Positions 52,093 through 59,193 of a stretch of DNA of 64,000 nucleotides are shown one piece after another. This stretch comes from Candidatus Dormiibacterota bacterium. Lineage in GTDB: Bacteria; Vulcanimicrobiota; Vulcanimicrobiia; Vulcanimicrobiales; Vulcanimicrobiaceae. Under the pieces are notes generated by a model. That model was not told where the DNA came from. It saw nothing but the letters and a program-made list of their open reading frames with translations, and did not search any database. The stretch lies in the NCBI GenBank assembly GCA_035532835.1, contig DATKQG010000059.1:6581-70580 (forward strand), read 5' to 3'. The stretch's first letter is position 1; each line of letters opens with the position of its first letter. A program made the translations under genes and the position numbers.

Positions 52093-52949
52093 ACGCTCTA
52101 ACGGGGGCTCTCCCGGCGCTGGACCTGCGGCGCGATGAGCTCGCCGATATAGAGCTGCAGTTGCTCATCGACGCCCTGCTGCGCTACGGCGGGTACGATC
52201 TGCGCAGTATGAATCAGGCGATACTGCGCCGGCGTATCGCCGACGTCATGCGCGCGCAGTCGATCGCAACGATTTCAGGCTTGCAGGACCGGCTTCTTCA
52301 CGACGAACGGACGCTTGCCTCGTTTTTGGTGATGATGTCCGGGGGCGCGTCGCAGCTCTTCCACGATCCGCCGTTTTTGAAAGCGTTCGCGTTGCACGTC
52401 GTCCCGTTGCTGCAAACCTACTCGTTCATCCGCATCTGGGTACCCGGAAGCGGTATCGGCGCAAACGCCTTCTCGCTGGCCGCGATTTTGGACGAAGCCG
52501 GAATTCTCGATCGTTCGGTCATTTACGCGACGACCCTCAACGACGTTGCCGCTTCGGTGGCCAAGGCCGGGGTTTATTCGCACGCCTCCGAAGCCGACCT
52601 TACCGCATCGATGCGGCAAGCCGGGCTCGTATCTCCGGCGTCGCGTTTCTTCGAGACGACAAAGCTGCAGGCGTTTCCGGTGGATCGGTTACGGCAAAGC
52701 GTGATGTTCGCGCGGCATAGCCCGGCCGAAGACGGCCCGATCAACGAGTTTCACGCAATCGTTGCGCGCGGCATTTTTCCGTCGCTCAACGGCGCCATCC
52801 AGTACCGTCTCCATCGGCTGGCGTACGACAGCCTTTTGCACTTGGGATTTTTGTGCCTGGGTCAACGCGAATCGCTGGCCGGTACCGTGCACGAGCGGGC
52901 ATTCCGTAACGTGGTTCCCGGCCAACCCATCTATCGAAAGATGCGCTAA
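52077..52949 (+). CDS. CheR-like methyltransferase-fold protein with divergent SAM-binding motifs
   Basis: CheR_N-like helix bundle ([26 protein letters not shown]), [10 protein letters not shown] (cf. FFRdp), [18 protein letters not shown] (cf. iWsagCStGEEpYSlA), ATTLND (cf. ATDid), LGQRESL (cf. lG.sEsl). ATG overlaps the kinase 3' end by 16 nt. Confidence 0.75.
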   Translation: MVEQVDALTGALPALDLRRDELADIELQLLIDALLRYGGYDLRSMNQAILRRRIADVMRAQSIATISGLQDRLLHDERTLASFLVMMSGGASQLFHDPPFLKAFALHVVPLLQTYSFIRIWVPGSGIGANAFSLAAILDEAGILDRSVIYATTLNDVAASVAKAGVYSHASEADLTASMRQAGLVSPASRFFETTKLQAFPVDRLRQSVMFARHSPAEDGPINEFHAIVARGIFPSLNGAIQYRLHRLAYDSLLHLGFLCLGQRESLAGTVHERAFRNVVPGQPIYRKMR

Positions 52950-52954
52950 CGCCG

Positions 52955-53311
52955 CTACGCCGCCGCGGCGTGCGAAACTTGAAGCACCCTCTCGAGCTGC
53001 GTGATGTGGAACACGCGCGCGATCGTTCCCGATGGCGGAATAATCACGCGTAACATGCCGCTCGAGCGTTCGTGCAGCCGCACGAGCGCCTTGAGGCCGC
53101 TGGAATCGATGTAGCCGCAACGCGTCAGATCGATCGTCAGGGCTTGCCCGTCGATCGCGACCTGCTCGATGTATTCTACAAAATGCTTGCTGGTGGCGAT
53201 GTCGATGTCGCAACTGGCGAACACGATGCGCTCGTTTTCCGCACACCGGTGTGAAAAATGGTCGATGAGGCCTGGGGTTAAGGTGGGATCGTATGCCATG
53301 GGTTTCTCCAA
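52955..53311 (-). CDS. STAS domain anti-sigma-factor antagonist (SpoIIAA/RsbV-like)
   Basis: 118 aa. LTIDLTRCGYIDSSGLKALVRL carries the DSSG phospho-serine motif. C-terminal helix ARVFHITQLERVL. Confidence 0.8.
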   Translation of the reverse strand: MEKPMAYDPTLTPGLIDHFSHRCAENERIVFASCDIDIATSKHFVEYIEQVAIDGQALTIDLTRCGYIDSSGLKALVRLHERSSGMLRVIIPPSGTIARVFHITQLERVLQVSHAAAA

Positions 53312-53374
53312 ATCTGTCCGGTCATTATGGCGCGACGGGTTTGAGGAAACAAGTTGGCGCGAATCGGCTCGCGG

Positions 53375-53833
53375 CTACTCGCCGGCGCTGCTTGGCTGGG
53401 GGTAGTGCCGCGTGTTATGCCCTGGCATTGACGGTTGGCGAGACTCATCCAAAAAGGAACGCATCGCTGCGACCAACGGGCCTTGAACGTCGCCGAGCGG
53501 ATGATTGCGCAGGAGTGTAGCCGGGCTGGAATCGCCGAGGCGTGGATTGCTGGAATGGAACCAGGCGCGGATTACTTCCGCGTCGTGCGACTGCGCGATC
53601 GTGCTCGCCAGCTGGAGGGCAAAGCGAAGAACGTGCGGCCGTTGGGGGCGGCGGTCGATCATCCACTGCTGGACCGCGCGGGTCTCCGTGACGCCTGCGA
53701 TCTCGGCGACCATCGAAAGCCCGAGCAATCCTACCAGTTCGCGGACCGCTCGGCCGATGGGTAGGCCGATCGCGTGGCTGTGTGCTTGGTACTCGAATTG
53801 GGCCGATCGGAATGCCCCTTGCTCGTCGATCAT
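53375..53833 (-). CDS. XRE-like HTH / DUF2384-like (MbcA/ParS antitoxin-type) protein
   Basis: Start set to ATG 53833 to avoid overlap with the upstream lipoprotein gene. HTH-like LSMVAEIAGVTETRAVQQWM. C-terminal AWFHSSNPRLGDSSPATLLRNHPLGDVQGPLVAAMRSF resembles the DUF2384 toxin-binding domain. Assignment is from memory of the motif. Confidence 0.5.
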   Translation of the reverse strand: MIDEQGAFRSAQFEYQAHSHAIGLPIGRAVRELVGLLGLSMVAEIAGVTETRAVQQWMIDRRPQRPHVLRFALQLASTIAQSHDAEVIRAWFHSSNPRLGDSSPATLLRNHPLGDVQGPLVAAMRSFLDESRQPSMPGHNTRHYPQPSSAGE

Positions 53834-53889
53834 GCCATACGATATACCACCGAAGAACCCGGGATAAACGCCACCGTGTAGCGCTGCGT

Positions 53890-54255
53890 TCAGACCTTCA
53901 CGGAGCGCGAAGATTCGAGATTTCCGCGAAAATCGATGAAGCGTACCGTGAGTGCGGCGTGCTGGTGGGGATGCGTTTGGAGCCACGCCGAACGCCAAGC
54001 GCGTAGCGTTGCAGCCTTAAGCGCGTTCTCGTCATCCTCGCTGATCGAGTAGAGCTGGTTGAGATCGACGGAGACGTCGACCGTGGTCCCGTGGAAGTCG
54101 AACCCGACGATGACCCCGCTATAGGTTTTTTGAAGGCGTGCAAGCTGCGTCCGTTCGCTCGCATGACGAACTTGCTGCGGCGACGGCGGTGCCGAACAAG
54201 CCGCGACGCTCAAGAGCACCGCGAACGCGAAAGATGCCGCCCGGCTAAGTCGCAT
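53890..54255 (-). CDS. Hypothetical lipoprotein
   Basis: Start trimmed to ATG 54255. MRLSRAASFAFAVLLSVAACSAPP has a lipobox (VAAC). No family recognised. Confidence 0.55.
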   Translation of the reverse strand: MRLSRAASFAFAVLLSVAACSAPPSPQQVRHASERTQLARLQKTYSGVIVGFDFHGTTVDVSVDLNQLYSISEDDENALKAATLRAWRSAWLQTHPHQHAALTVRFIDFRGNLESSRSVKV

Positions 54256-54348
54256 GGCCTGGGGCTTCGGCCACCGTGGCCGGCTACCATCTTCGACGTG
54301 CAACGCGGCGTACACGAATCGGACATATCGGCGGCTTAGCATGCCTTC

Positions 54349-54951
54349 ATGGATGGAATTGCATGGGCACAGAGCGCGATGGTCGCGGCACGGACGCGGC
54401 TGGACATTGCTACCGGTAATCTCGCCAACGTTTCAACGAATGGCTTTGCCCGTCTGGTAGCGCGCGGTTCGCTGACGGCCCGCGGGGTCGTGATTCGATC
54501 GCGCGCGCAACTCGGGCACGGCGGGTTACGCCCGACCGGACGCGCGTACGATCTCGCGATCGTCGGCGATGGAAACTTTCGCGTGCGTGAACTCTCGGGG
54601 CGAATCGTACGCACGCGCAACGGTGCATTCGAGCGCGACGTTCGCGGCCATCTCCACGACGATGCCGGGCGGGTGCTGCTCGGTACGAACGGAGCACTGC
54701 GCGTCCCGGATGGCGCGACTTTCGATGCGGTCGGGCGACTGATGCTGCACGGAACGCCAATCGGGCGCGTCCCGCTTCCGCGCGGGAGCAGCCTTCGAGC
54801 GGGCTTTATCGAGACGGCAAACGTGAACGCGATCGGCGAGATGGTCGACGTGTTGGCAGCGGAGCGTTCGTACGAAAGCGCCGAAAAAGTGATGAGCGCG
54901 ATTGACGGCACGCGGCAGAAAGCCGCGAACGACGTCGCGAGGCTCAAATAA
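54349..54951 (+). CDS. flgF: Flagellar basal-body rod protein (FlgF-like)
   Basis: N-terminal rod motif DIATGNLANVSTNGF and C-terminal ERSYESAEKVMSAIDGT (rod/hook C-terminal heptad motif). 200 aa. Confidence 0.8.
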   Translation: MDGIAWAQSAMVAARTRLDIATGNLANVSTNGFARLVARGSLTARGVVIRSRAQLGHGGLRPTGRAYDLAIVGDGNFRVRELSGRIVRTRNGAFERDVRGHLHDDAGRVLLGTNGALRVPDGATFDAVGRLMLHGTPIGRVPLPRGSSLRAGFIETANVNAIGEMVDVLAAERSYESAEKVMSAIDGTRQKAANDVARLK

Positions 54952-55679
54952 TGGATCGCGCGCTCTACGCCGCCGCGACCGGAATGGCCGCTCAACAACG
55001 CAATCTCGACGTCGTTTCCGATAACCTCGCAAATGCCGACGTCGCCGGATTCAAGGGCTCGGTCGCGACGTTCGAAGTGTTGGCCGCGCCCGGCGAGCGC
55101 GGCGTGGGAACCGCCGTTACGGGCCAGCACGCCATCTTCACGCAGGGCAAGCTCATGAAGAGTCCGGGCGCGTTCGATCTCGCCATCGACGGGCCGGGAT
55201 TCTTCACCGTCGCCGACGGCAAGGGGCGTAAGGGGTACACGCGCGATGGCGCGTTTTCGCGCGCACCGGATGGTTCGCTCCGCAACGCGCAGGGCTGGCG
55301 GCTCGACGGCATTCGCATTCCGCAGGATGCGCTCGGCGCGCGGGTGGAGAGCGACGGGCGCCTGATCGTCACCACGGCCGGCGGCAAAACAACGATGGGG
55401 CGCGTTCGCCTTGCGGAGTTTGCCGCGCCCGAGGCGCTGCAGAGCGTTGGGGGCACGCTCTTCGCCGCTACGAGTGCGTCGGGTCGTGCGCGCACGATCG
55501 AGGCGGGCGGCCCCAACGCCCCGCAGATTCGATTCGGTATGCTCGAGCAGTCCAACGTCTCGATCGTGGAATCGATGATGGAGATCATGGCCGCGCAACG
55601 AGCGTACGAAGCGAACGCTAAAGGCGTCCAAGCGGCCGACGAAATGCTGCGAATCGCCAACAACTTGCAACGTGGATAA
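54951..55679 (+). CDS. flgG: Flagellar distal rod protein FlgG
   Basis: MDRALYAAATGMAAQQRNLDVVSDNLANADVAGFK ... IMAAQRAYEANAKGVQAADEMLRIANNL. Confidence 0.88.
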   Translation: MDRALYAAATGMAAQQRNLDVVSDNLANADVAGFKGSVATFEVLAAPGERGVGTAVTGQHAIFTQGKLMKSPGAFDLAIDGPGFFTVADGKGRKGYTRDGAFSRAPDGSLRNAQGWRLDGIRIPQDALGARVESDGRLIVTTAGGKTTMGRVRLAEFAAPEALQSVGGTLFAATSASGRARTIEAGGPNAPQIRFGMLEQSNVSIVESMMEIMAAQRAYEANAKGVQAADEMLRIANNLQRG

Positions 55680-55869
55680 CGCGGCAGCCGGCGCGGTAGG
55701 ACGCGCGTGCGAATCGTTGCTTCTCGCGCAAATGCTGGCGCCGATGACGAAGTCGTGGGGCGAATTCGGTTCCCTCGGCACGCAGACCGTCGCCGACGCG
55801 ATTGCAGGCCGCGATACCGGCGGCTTTGCCGCCGCAATCGCTCGCGCATTGGAAGCGCGCCATGACTGA
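55672..55869 (+). CDS. Small rod-binding (FlgJ N-terminal-like) protein, tentative
   Basis: 65 aa. CESLLLAQMLAPM resembles the rod-binding motif fE..fl.qmlk.M. Overlaps the flgG stop and the fliA start. Confidence 0.5.
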   Translation: MDNAAAGAVGRACESLLLAQMLAPMTKSWGEFGSLGTQTVADAIAGRDTGGFAAAIARALEARHD

Positions 55870-56536
55870 AAGCGAACGCGAAGCGCAGATCCGGCGGCTA
55901 CTGCCGCTCGTACGCGCGATCGCGCGCCGAGTGCAGCGCGTGGTCCCTACCATGGATTTGGACGATCTGATCGGCGACGGCAGCATCGGGTTGGTCCGCG
56001 CGGTCGATGCCTTCGATCCCGAGCGCGGAGCCTCGCTCGAGCACTATGCCAAGCATTTGATTGCAGGAACGATGCTCAACGGCATTCGACGCATGGATCC
56101 GGTCCCGGAACGCGTGCGCCGCGCCGTGCGCGACGGCGAAAATGCACGATATCGTCAGGCGGTGGAGGCCGGTACGATGCCGGCGCCCGACGCGTTCGAA
56201 CGCACGCGCCCGGCGCTTCGCCGGGCGGCCATGGTGGCGTATCGCGTGCAGCCGCTCTCGCTCGATTGCGCGTTGCCCGAGCGCGAGCGGCTCGCATGCG
56301 ACTGGAGCCGCGACCCGGCGAACATCGTCGCCGAACGCAGTAGCGCGCACGAATTGCGCATCCATCTACGCGGCCTTCCGCCACGCCATCAAACCCTTCT
56401 TGCGCTGCATTATTTTGCGGACGGACCGCTGGCGAGAATAGGCTCGCGTATGGGCATATCCGCACAGCGCGCCTCGCAGTTGCACGTCGCGGCGATCGCG
56501 CGCCTGCGCAAGCGGTATCATGCTCCGTCGCGTTGA
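55862..56536 (+). CDS. fliA: Flagellar sigma factor (sigma-28, FliA/WhiG family)
   Basis: Start trimmed to ATG 55862. Region 2 (DLDDLIGDGSIGLVRAVDAFDPERGASLEHYAKHLIAGTMLNGIRR) and region 4 HTH (LHYFADGPLARIGSRMGISAQRASQLHVAAIARLR). Flagellar context. Confidence 0.85.
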   Translation: MTESEREAQIRRLLPLVRAIARRVQRVVPTMDLDDLIGDGSIGLVRAVDAFDPERGASLEHYAKHLIAGTMLNGIRRMDPVPERVRRAVRDGENARYRQAVEAGTMPAPDAFERTRPALRRAAMVAYRVQPLSLDCALPERERLACDWSRDPANIVAERSSAHELRIHLRGLPPRHQTLLALHYFADGPLARIGSRMGISAQRASQLHVAAIARLRKRYHAPSR

Positions 56537-56825
56537 TATCGAGGAGCGCCCGCCGTCGCTCGCGGCGGCTCTGGGCCTAGCGCAGAGCGAGCCGATCGTC
56601 GCCGCCGCGAGCGAAGCCGAGCACGACACCGCGCTGCTGCCGCACGATCATCCGCCGTGGGTGAAAGACGCGCTGAGCGTCTCGCAGCGCGCCCGCTCGC
56701 TTTTCGCCACGCTGCGCCCGGCCGTCATGCGGGTGCTCACGTTCTGGGACCATCGCATTCGCTCGGCCACCATCGCCGGCCAGCGCATCGGCATCGATCC
56801 CAGCGGCAGCTACCGCACGTGGTGA
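56520..56825 (+). CDS. Hypothetical protein
   Basis: 101-aa ORF with strong third-position GC bias. Overlaps the fliA 3' end by 17 nt, and its stop overlaps the next start (ATGA-type). No family recognised. Confidence 0.5.
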   Translation: MLRRVDIEERPPSLAAALGLAQSEPIVAAASEAEHDTALLPHDHPPWVKDALSVSQRARSLFATLRPAVMRVLTFWDHRIRSATIAGQRIGIDPSGSYRTW

Positions 56826-57253
56826 TGCCTGTCAATGCGACGAAGACCCCAAAGATCACCAAGCATGATTGGGAGGAAGCCGGGCGCCGGGGCGAGGCGA
56901 AGGCAAAGCTTCCGACGGCACTCTCTTCGGCAGAGCTTGATGACGCACGCAAACTCGTGCGCTTGCGCTTTCGTAGTGGGCTCGAACTGGCTATTCCCGT
57001 TGCGGCGATCGATGAAGTCGCGCACCTTCCGTTGGCGCGGTTGCGCGACGTACGTGCCGACTTGCTTGGCGAAGGGCTGATTTTCGATGAGGCCGGCGTA
57101 GCAATCTATGTGCCGGGATTAATACGCGACCTATTTAGCGATGCGTTCGCTCGCGCGTTGGGTAAGCGGGGCGGCAGCTCCCTCACCGCCGCGAAGGCTG
57201 CGGCGGCGCGCAAAAATGGCCCCAAGGGCGGCCGCCCTCGCAAGGTTGCGTAA
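56825..57253 (+). CDS. Hypothetical protein (possibly DUF2442-like) with basic C-terminal tail
   Basis: Start trimmed to ATG 56825. The C-terminus AAKAAAARKNGPKGGRPRK is a tail often seen on small antitoxin-like or DNA-binding proteins. More A/T-ending codons (tta, ata, cta, ttt) than neighbouring genes. Confidence 0.5.
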   Translation: MPVNATKTPKITKHDWEEAGRRGEAKAKLPTALSSAELDDARKLVRLRFRSGLELAIPVAAIDEVAHLPLARLRDVRADLLGEGLIFDEAGVAIYVPGLIRDLFSDAFARALGKRGGSSLTAAKAAAARKNGPKGGRPRKVA

Positions 57254-57267
57254 GGGCGGCCTTCACC

Positions 57268-57381
57268 CTAGCCGAAGTGGGCGACGATGGCGGCGATGAC
57301 GGCGATGGTACCGATGAAGACAAAGTACACGAGTGCTTCGGCCAGCAACAGTTCGTCGTTGAGTCGATCGAGTCGTTTCAT
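57268..57381 (-). CDS. Candidate 37-aa single-TM peptide
   Basis: Not in the track (too short). GAGGAGGAG lies 9 nt upstream of ATG 57381. MKRLDRLNDELLLAEALVYFVFIGTIAVIAAIVAHFG. Confidence 0.35.
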   Translation of the reverse strand: MKRLDRLNDELLLAEALVYFVFIGTIAVIAAIVAHFG

Positions 57382-57481
57382 CACGGTGCGCTCCTCCTCG
57401 CTCGACCAGTATGCCGACATAAGCTTGGAACCGCTGTAAGATCGCGTTAGAACCGCTTGAGAATCGGCTTAGCGAATCACG

Positions 57482-57946
57482 CTAGGCCGCCGGGCCGGCC
57501 TCGCTATAGGTGCGCAACCAGTTCAGCACCTTCTTCCAGCCGCGCTCGTGAGCGTCGCGATCCTCTACGTCGGTAAAGCCCCAGTGCCGCACCGTTAACT
57601 CCGTGCGCCCCTCGCGTTCGGCGAGTTCGTAGCGAACGATGGTCTCCACCGGTTGCGCGCCGTCGCCCCAGTCGTGCGTCCACGTGAATTGGAGCAGGCG
57701 AGGCGGTTCGACGACTTGATAGTGCCCGTACACGGCGAATGTCTCGCCGTTCGCGTTCCGGCCGATGCATTTCCACGCTCCGCCGACGCGCAGGTCGCAG
57801 TCCATATGCGTGGTTTGATAGCTCGAAGGGTCGCCCCACCATTGCACGAGCTGTTTGGGATCGGTCAATGCGGCGAAAGTCTTGGAGACCGGCGCGTCGA
57901 TGCTGATGCTATCGACGATGGCGGTGGTTACGTCGCTGTCAATCAT
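57482..57946 (-). CDS. SRPBCC / AHSA1 (Activator of Hsp90 ATPase homolog 1-like) domain protein
   Basis: SIDAPVSKTFAALTDPKQLVQWWG...ELTVRHWGF. Start moved to ATG 57946, which overlaps the arsR stop (ATGATTGA). Confidence 0.8.
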   Translation of the reverse strand: MIDSDVTTAIVDSISIDAPVSKTFAALTDPKQLVQWWGDPSSYQTTHMDCDLRVGGAWKCIGRNANGETFAVYGHYQVVEPPRLLQFTWTHDWGDGAQPVETIVRYELAEREGRTELTVRHWGFTDVEDRDAHERGWKKVLNWLRTYSEAGPAA

Positions 57947-58274
57947 GAGTGTGTTCCACATGCTCCTTTAGTTGCTGCAAATTACGCCGCCAGAAGACGC
58001 GGTAGTGTTCTAACCACGTATCCACGGCTTGGAGCGGCTCGGCGTTGAGTGCGTAGAGCGAGGTCGTGCCGTGCTTGCTATCGACGACCAACCGCGCCTC
58101 GCGCAGCAGCCGCAGATGTTTCGAAACGGCCGGACGGCTCGTGTGAAAATTCCGCGCGATATCGCCGACGCTCAAACGGCCGCCTCGCAGCAGCGAGAGA
58201 ATCTCGCGGCGCGTGGGATCGGCCAGGGCCTTGAAGAGCCGGTCCGCTCGATCGCTGGGAAGGGTTGCCTGCAT
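57939..58274 (-). CDS. ArsR/SmtB family transcriptional regulator
   Basis: Start trimmed to ATG 58274. LFKALADPTRREILSLLRGGRLSVGDIARNFHTSRPAVSKHLRLLREARLV. Confidence 0.85.
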   Translation of the reverse strand: MQATLPSDRADRLFKALADPTRREILSLLRGGRLSVGDIARNFHTSRPAVSKHLRLLREARLVVDSKHGTTSLYALNAEPLQAVDTWLEHYRVFWRRNLQQLKEHVEHTHD

Positions 58275-58295
58275 CAACGATTGCTTGCTCCGGGA

Positions 58296-58351
58296 ATTGT
58301 TGGTAACCTTTTGGTTTCCAACAATGTAACCAAAAGGTTGCATTCTGTCAA
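58296..58351 (-). promoter_or_regulatory. ArsR-family promoter with nested inverted repeats (candidate autoregulatory operator)
   Basis: Minus strand: TTGACA (58351-58346) - 17 nt - TACATT (58328-58323). Inverted pair TAACCTTTTGGTT (58304-58316) / AACCAAAAGGTTG (58328-58340), and ATTGTTGG (58297-58304) / CCAACAAT (58318-58325). Confidence 0.55.
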
Positions 58352-58380
58352 TGCCCGCTGGGTTCGGAAGCTCGTGGCTT

Positions 58381-59193
58381 TTAGAGCTTGCGCATGACCG
58401 CGCCCAGGAGCGACGCCAGCTTCGGGGCGGCGGCGTTTCCGACGGCGGTGATGTCGGCGTGAGCGGTGGATGGCGCGCCGGCGACGTTGGTGATGAGGCT
58501 GACGCCCAGCACTTCCATGCCCAACGCTCGCGCCGCGATCGTTTCGAGGACGGTGGACATGCCGACCGCATCGGCACCGATCGTTCGCAGATAGCGGGCC
58601 TCGGCGGCGGTCTCGTAATTCGGCCCCAGGAGCCCCGCATACACGCCCGAGCGCAGCGTGGGCATATCGCTCCCGGCGTGCGCCGCGATCGTGCGCAACC
58701 GCTGCGCGTACGCATCGTGCATGTCGATAAACGGATTGTCGGTGGGAACGCCCACGAACGGGTTGCGCCCGGTCAGATTGATGTGGTCTTCAATGAGCAT
58801 CAAGTCCCCCGGTAGGAACGACGGATTCAGCGACCCCGCGGCGTTCGTCAGAACGACGGTGCGTGCACCCGCCGCTTTGGCTAGACGCATGTTGACCGTG
58901 ACTTGTTGCGGCGAGAATCCTTGATAGAGATGCACGCGTCCGGCAAAGACGAGCATGCGCTTTCCGTGCCAGGTGCCGATTAAGGCTTCGCCGGCGTGCC
59001 CGGCCAAGGATGCGACCGGAAACCCCATGAGGTGATCGTAGGGAATCGAGGCGACCGGGAACGCATCGCGCAACGCCGACGAGAGGCCGCTCCCCAGCAC
59101 GATGGCGACGTCGATCGCTCCCCCGGCGGCAGTTTCGATCGCACTCGCGTCGTGCGCGAGAAGGCGGTCGTTCGGCGAACGGCGGTCGATCAT
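58381..59193 (-). CDS. punA: Purine nucleoside phosphorylase (PunA/PNP family 2)
   Basis: VLGSGLS..., VVLTNAAGSLNPSFLPGDLMLIEDHINLTGRNP, GPNYETAAE, GADAVGMSTV. Confidence 0.88.
   Translation of the reverse strand: MIDRRSPNDRLLAHDASAIETAAGGAIDVAIVLGSGLSSALRDAFPVASIPYDHLMGFPVASLAGHAGEALIGTWHGKRMLVFAGRVHLYQGFSPQQVTVNMRLAKAAGARTVVLTNAAGSLNPSFLPGDLMLIEDHINLTGRNPFVGVPTDNPFIDMHDAYAQRLRTIAAHAGSDMPTLRSGVYAGLLGPNYETAAEARYLRTIGADAVGMSTVLETIAARALGMEVLGVSLITNVAGAPSTAHADITAVGNAAAPKLASLLGAVMRKL

Noticed and set aside
56520-56825. ORF after fliA as FlgM, or as a DUF4160-type toxin (HDHPPW versus the HxPPHxH motif).
   Set aside because: No FlgM-like C-terminal sigma-binding helices were recognised. The DUF4160 resemblance is a single short motif with a non-matching N-terminus.
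57401-57420. Possible sigma-28 -10 element (GCCGACAT).
   Set aside because: No TAAA -35 element at the required ~15-nt spacing, and it faces no obvious flagellar gene.
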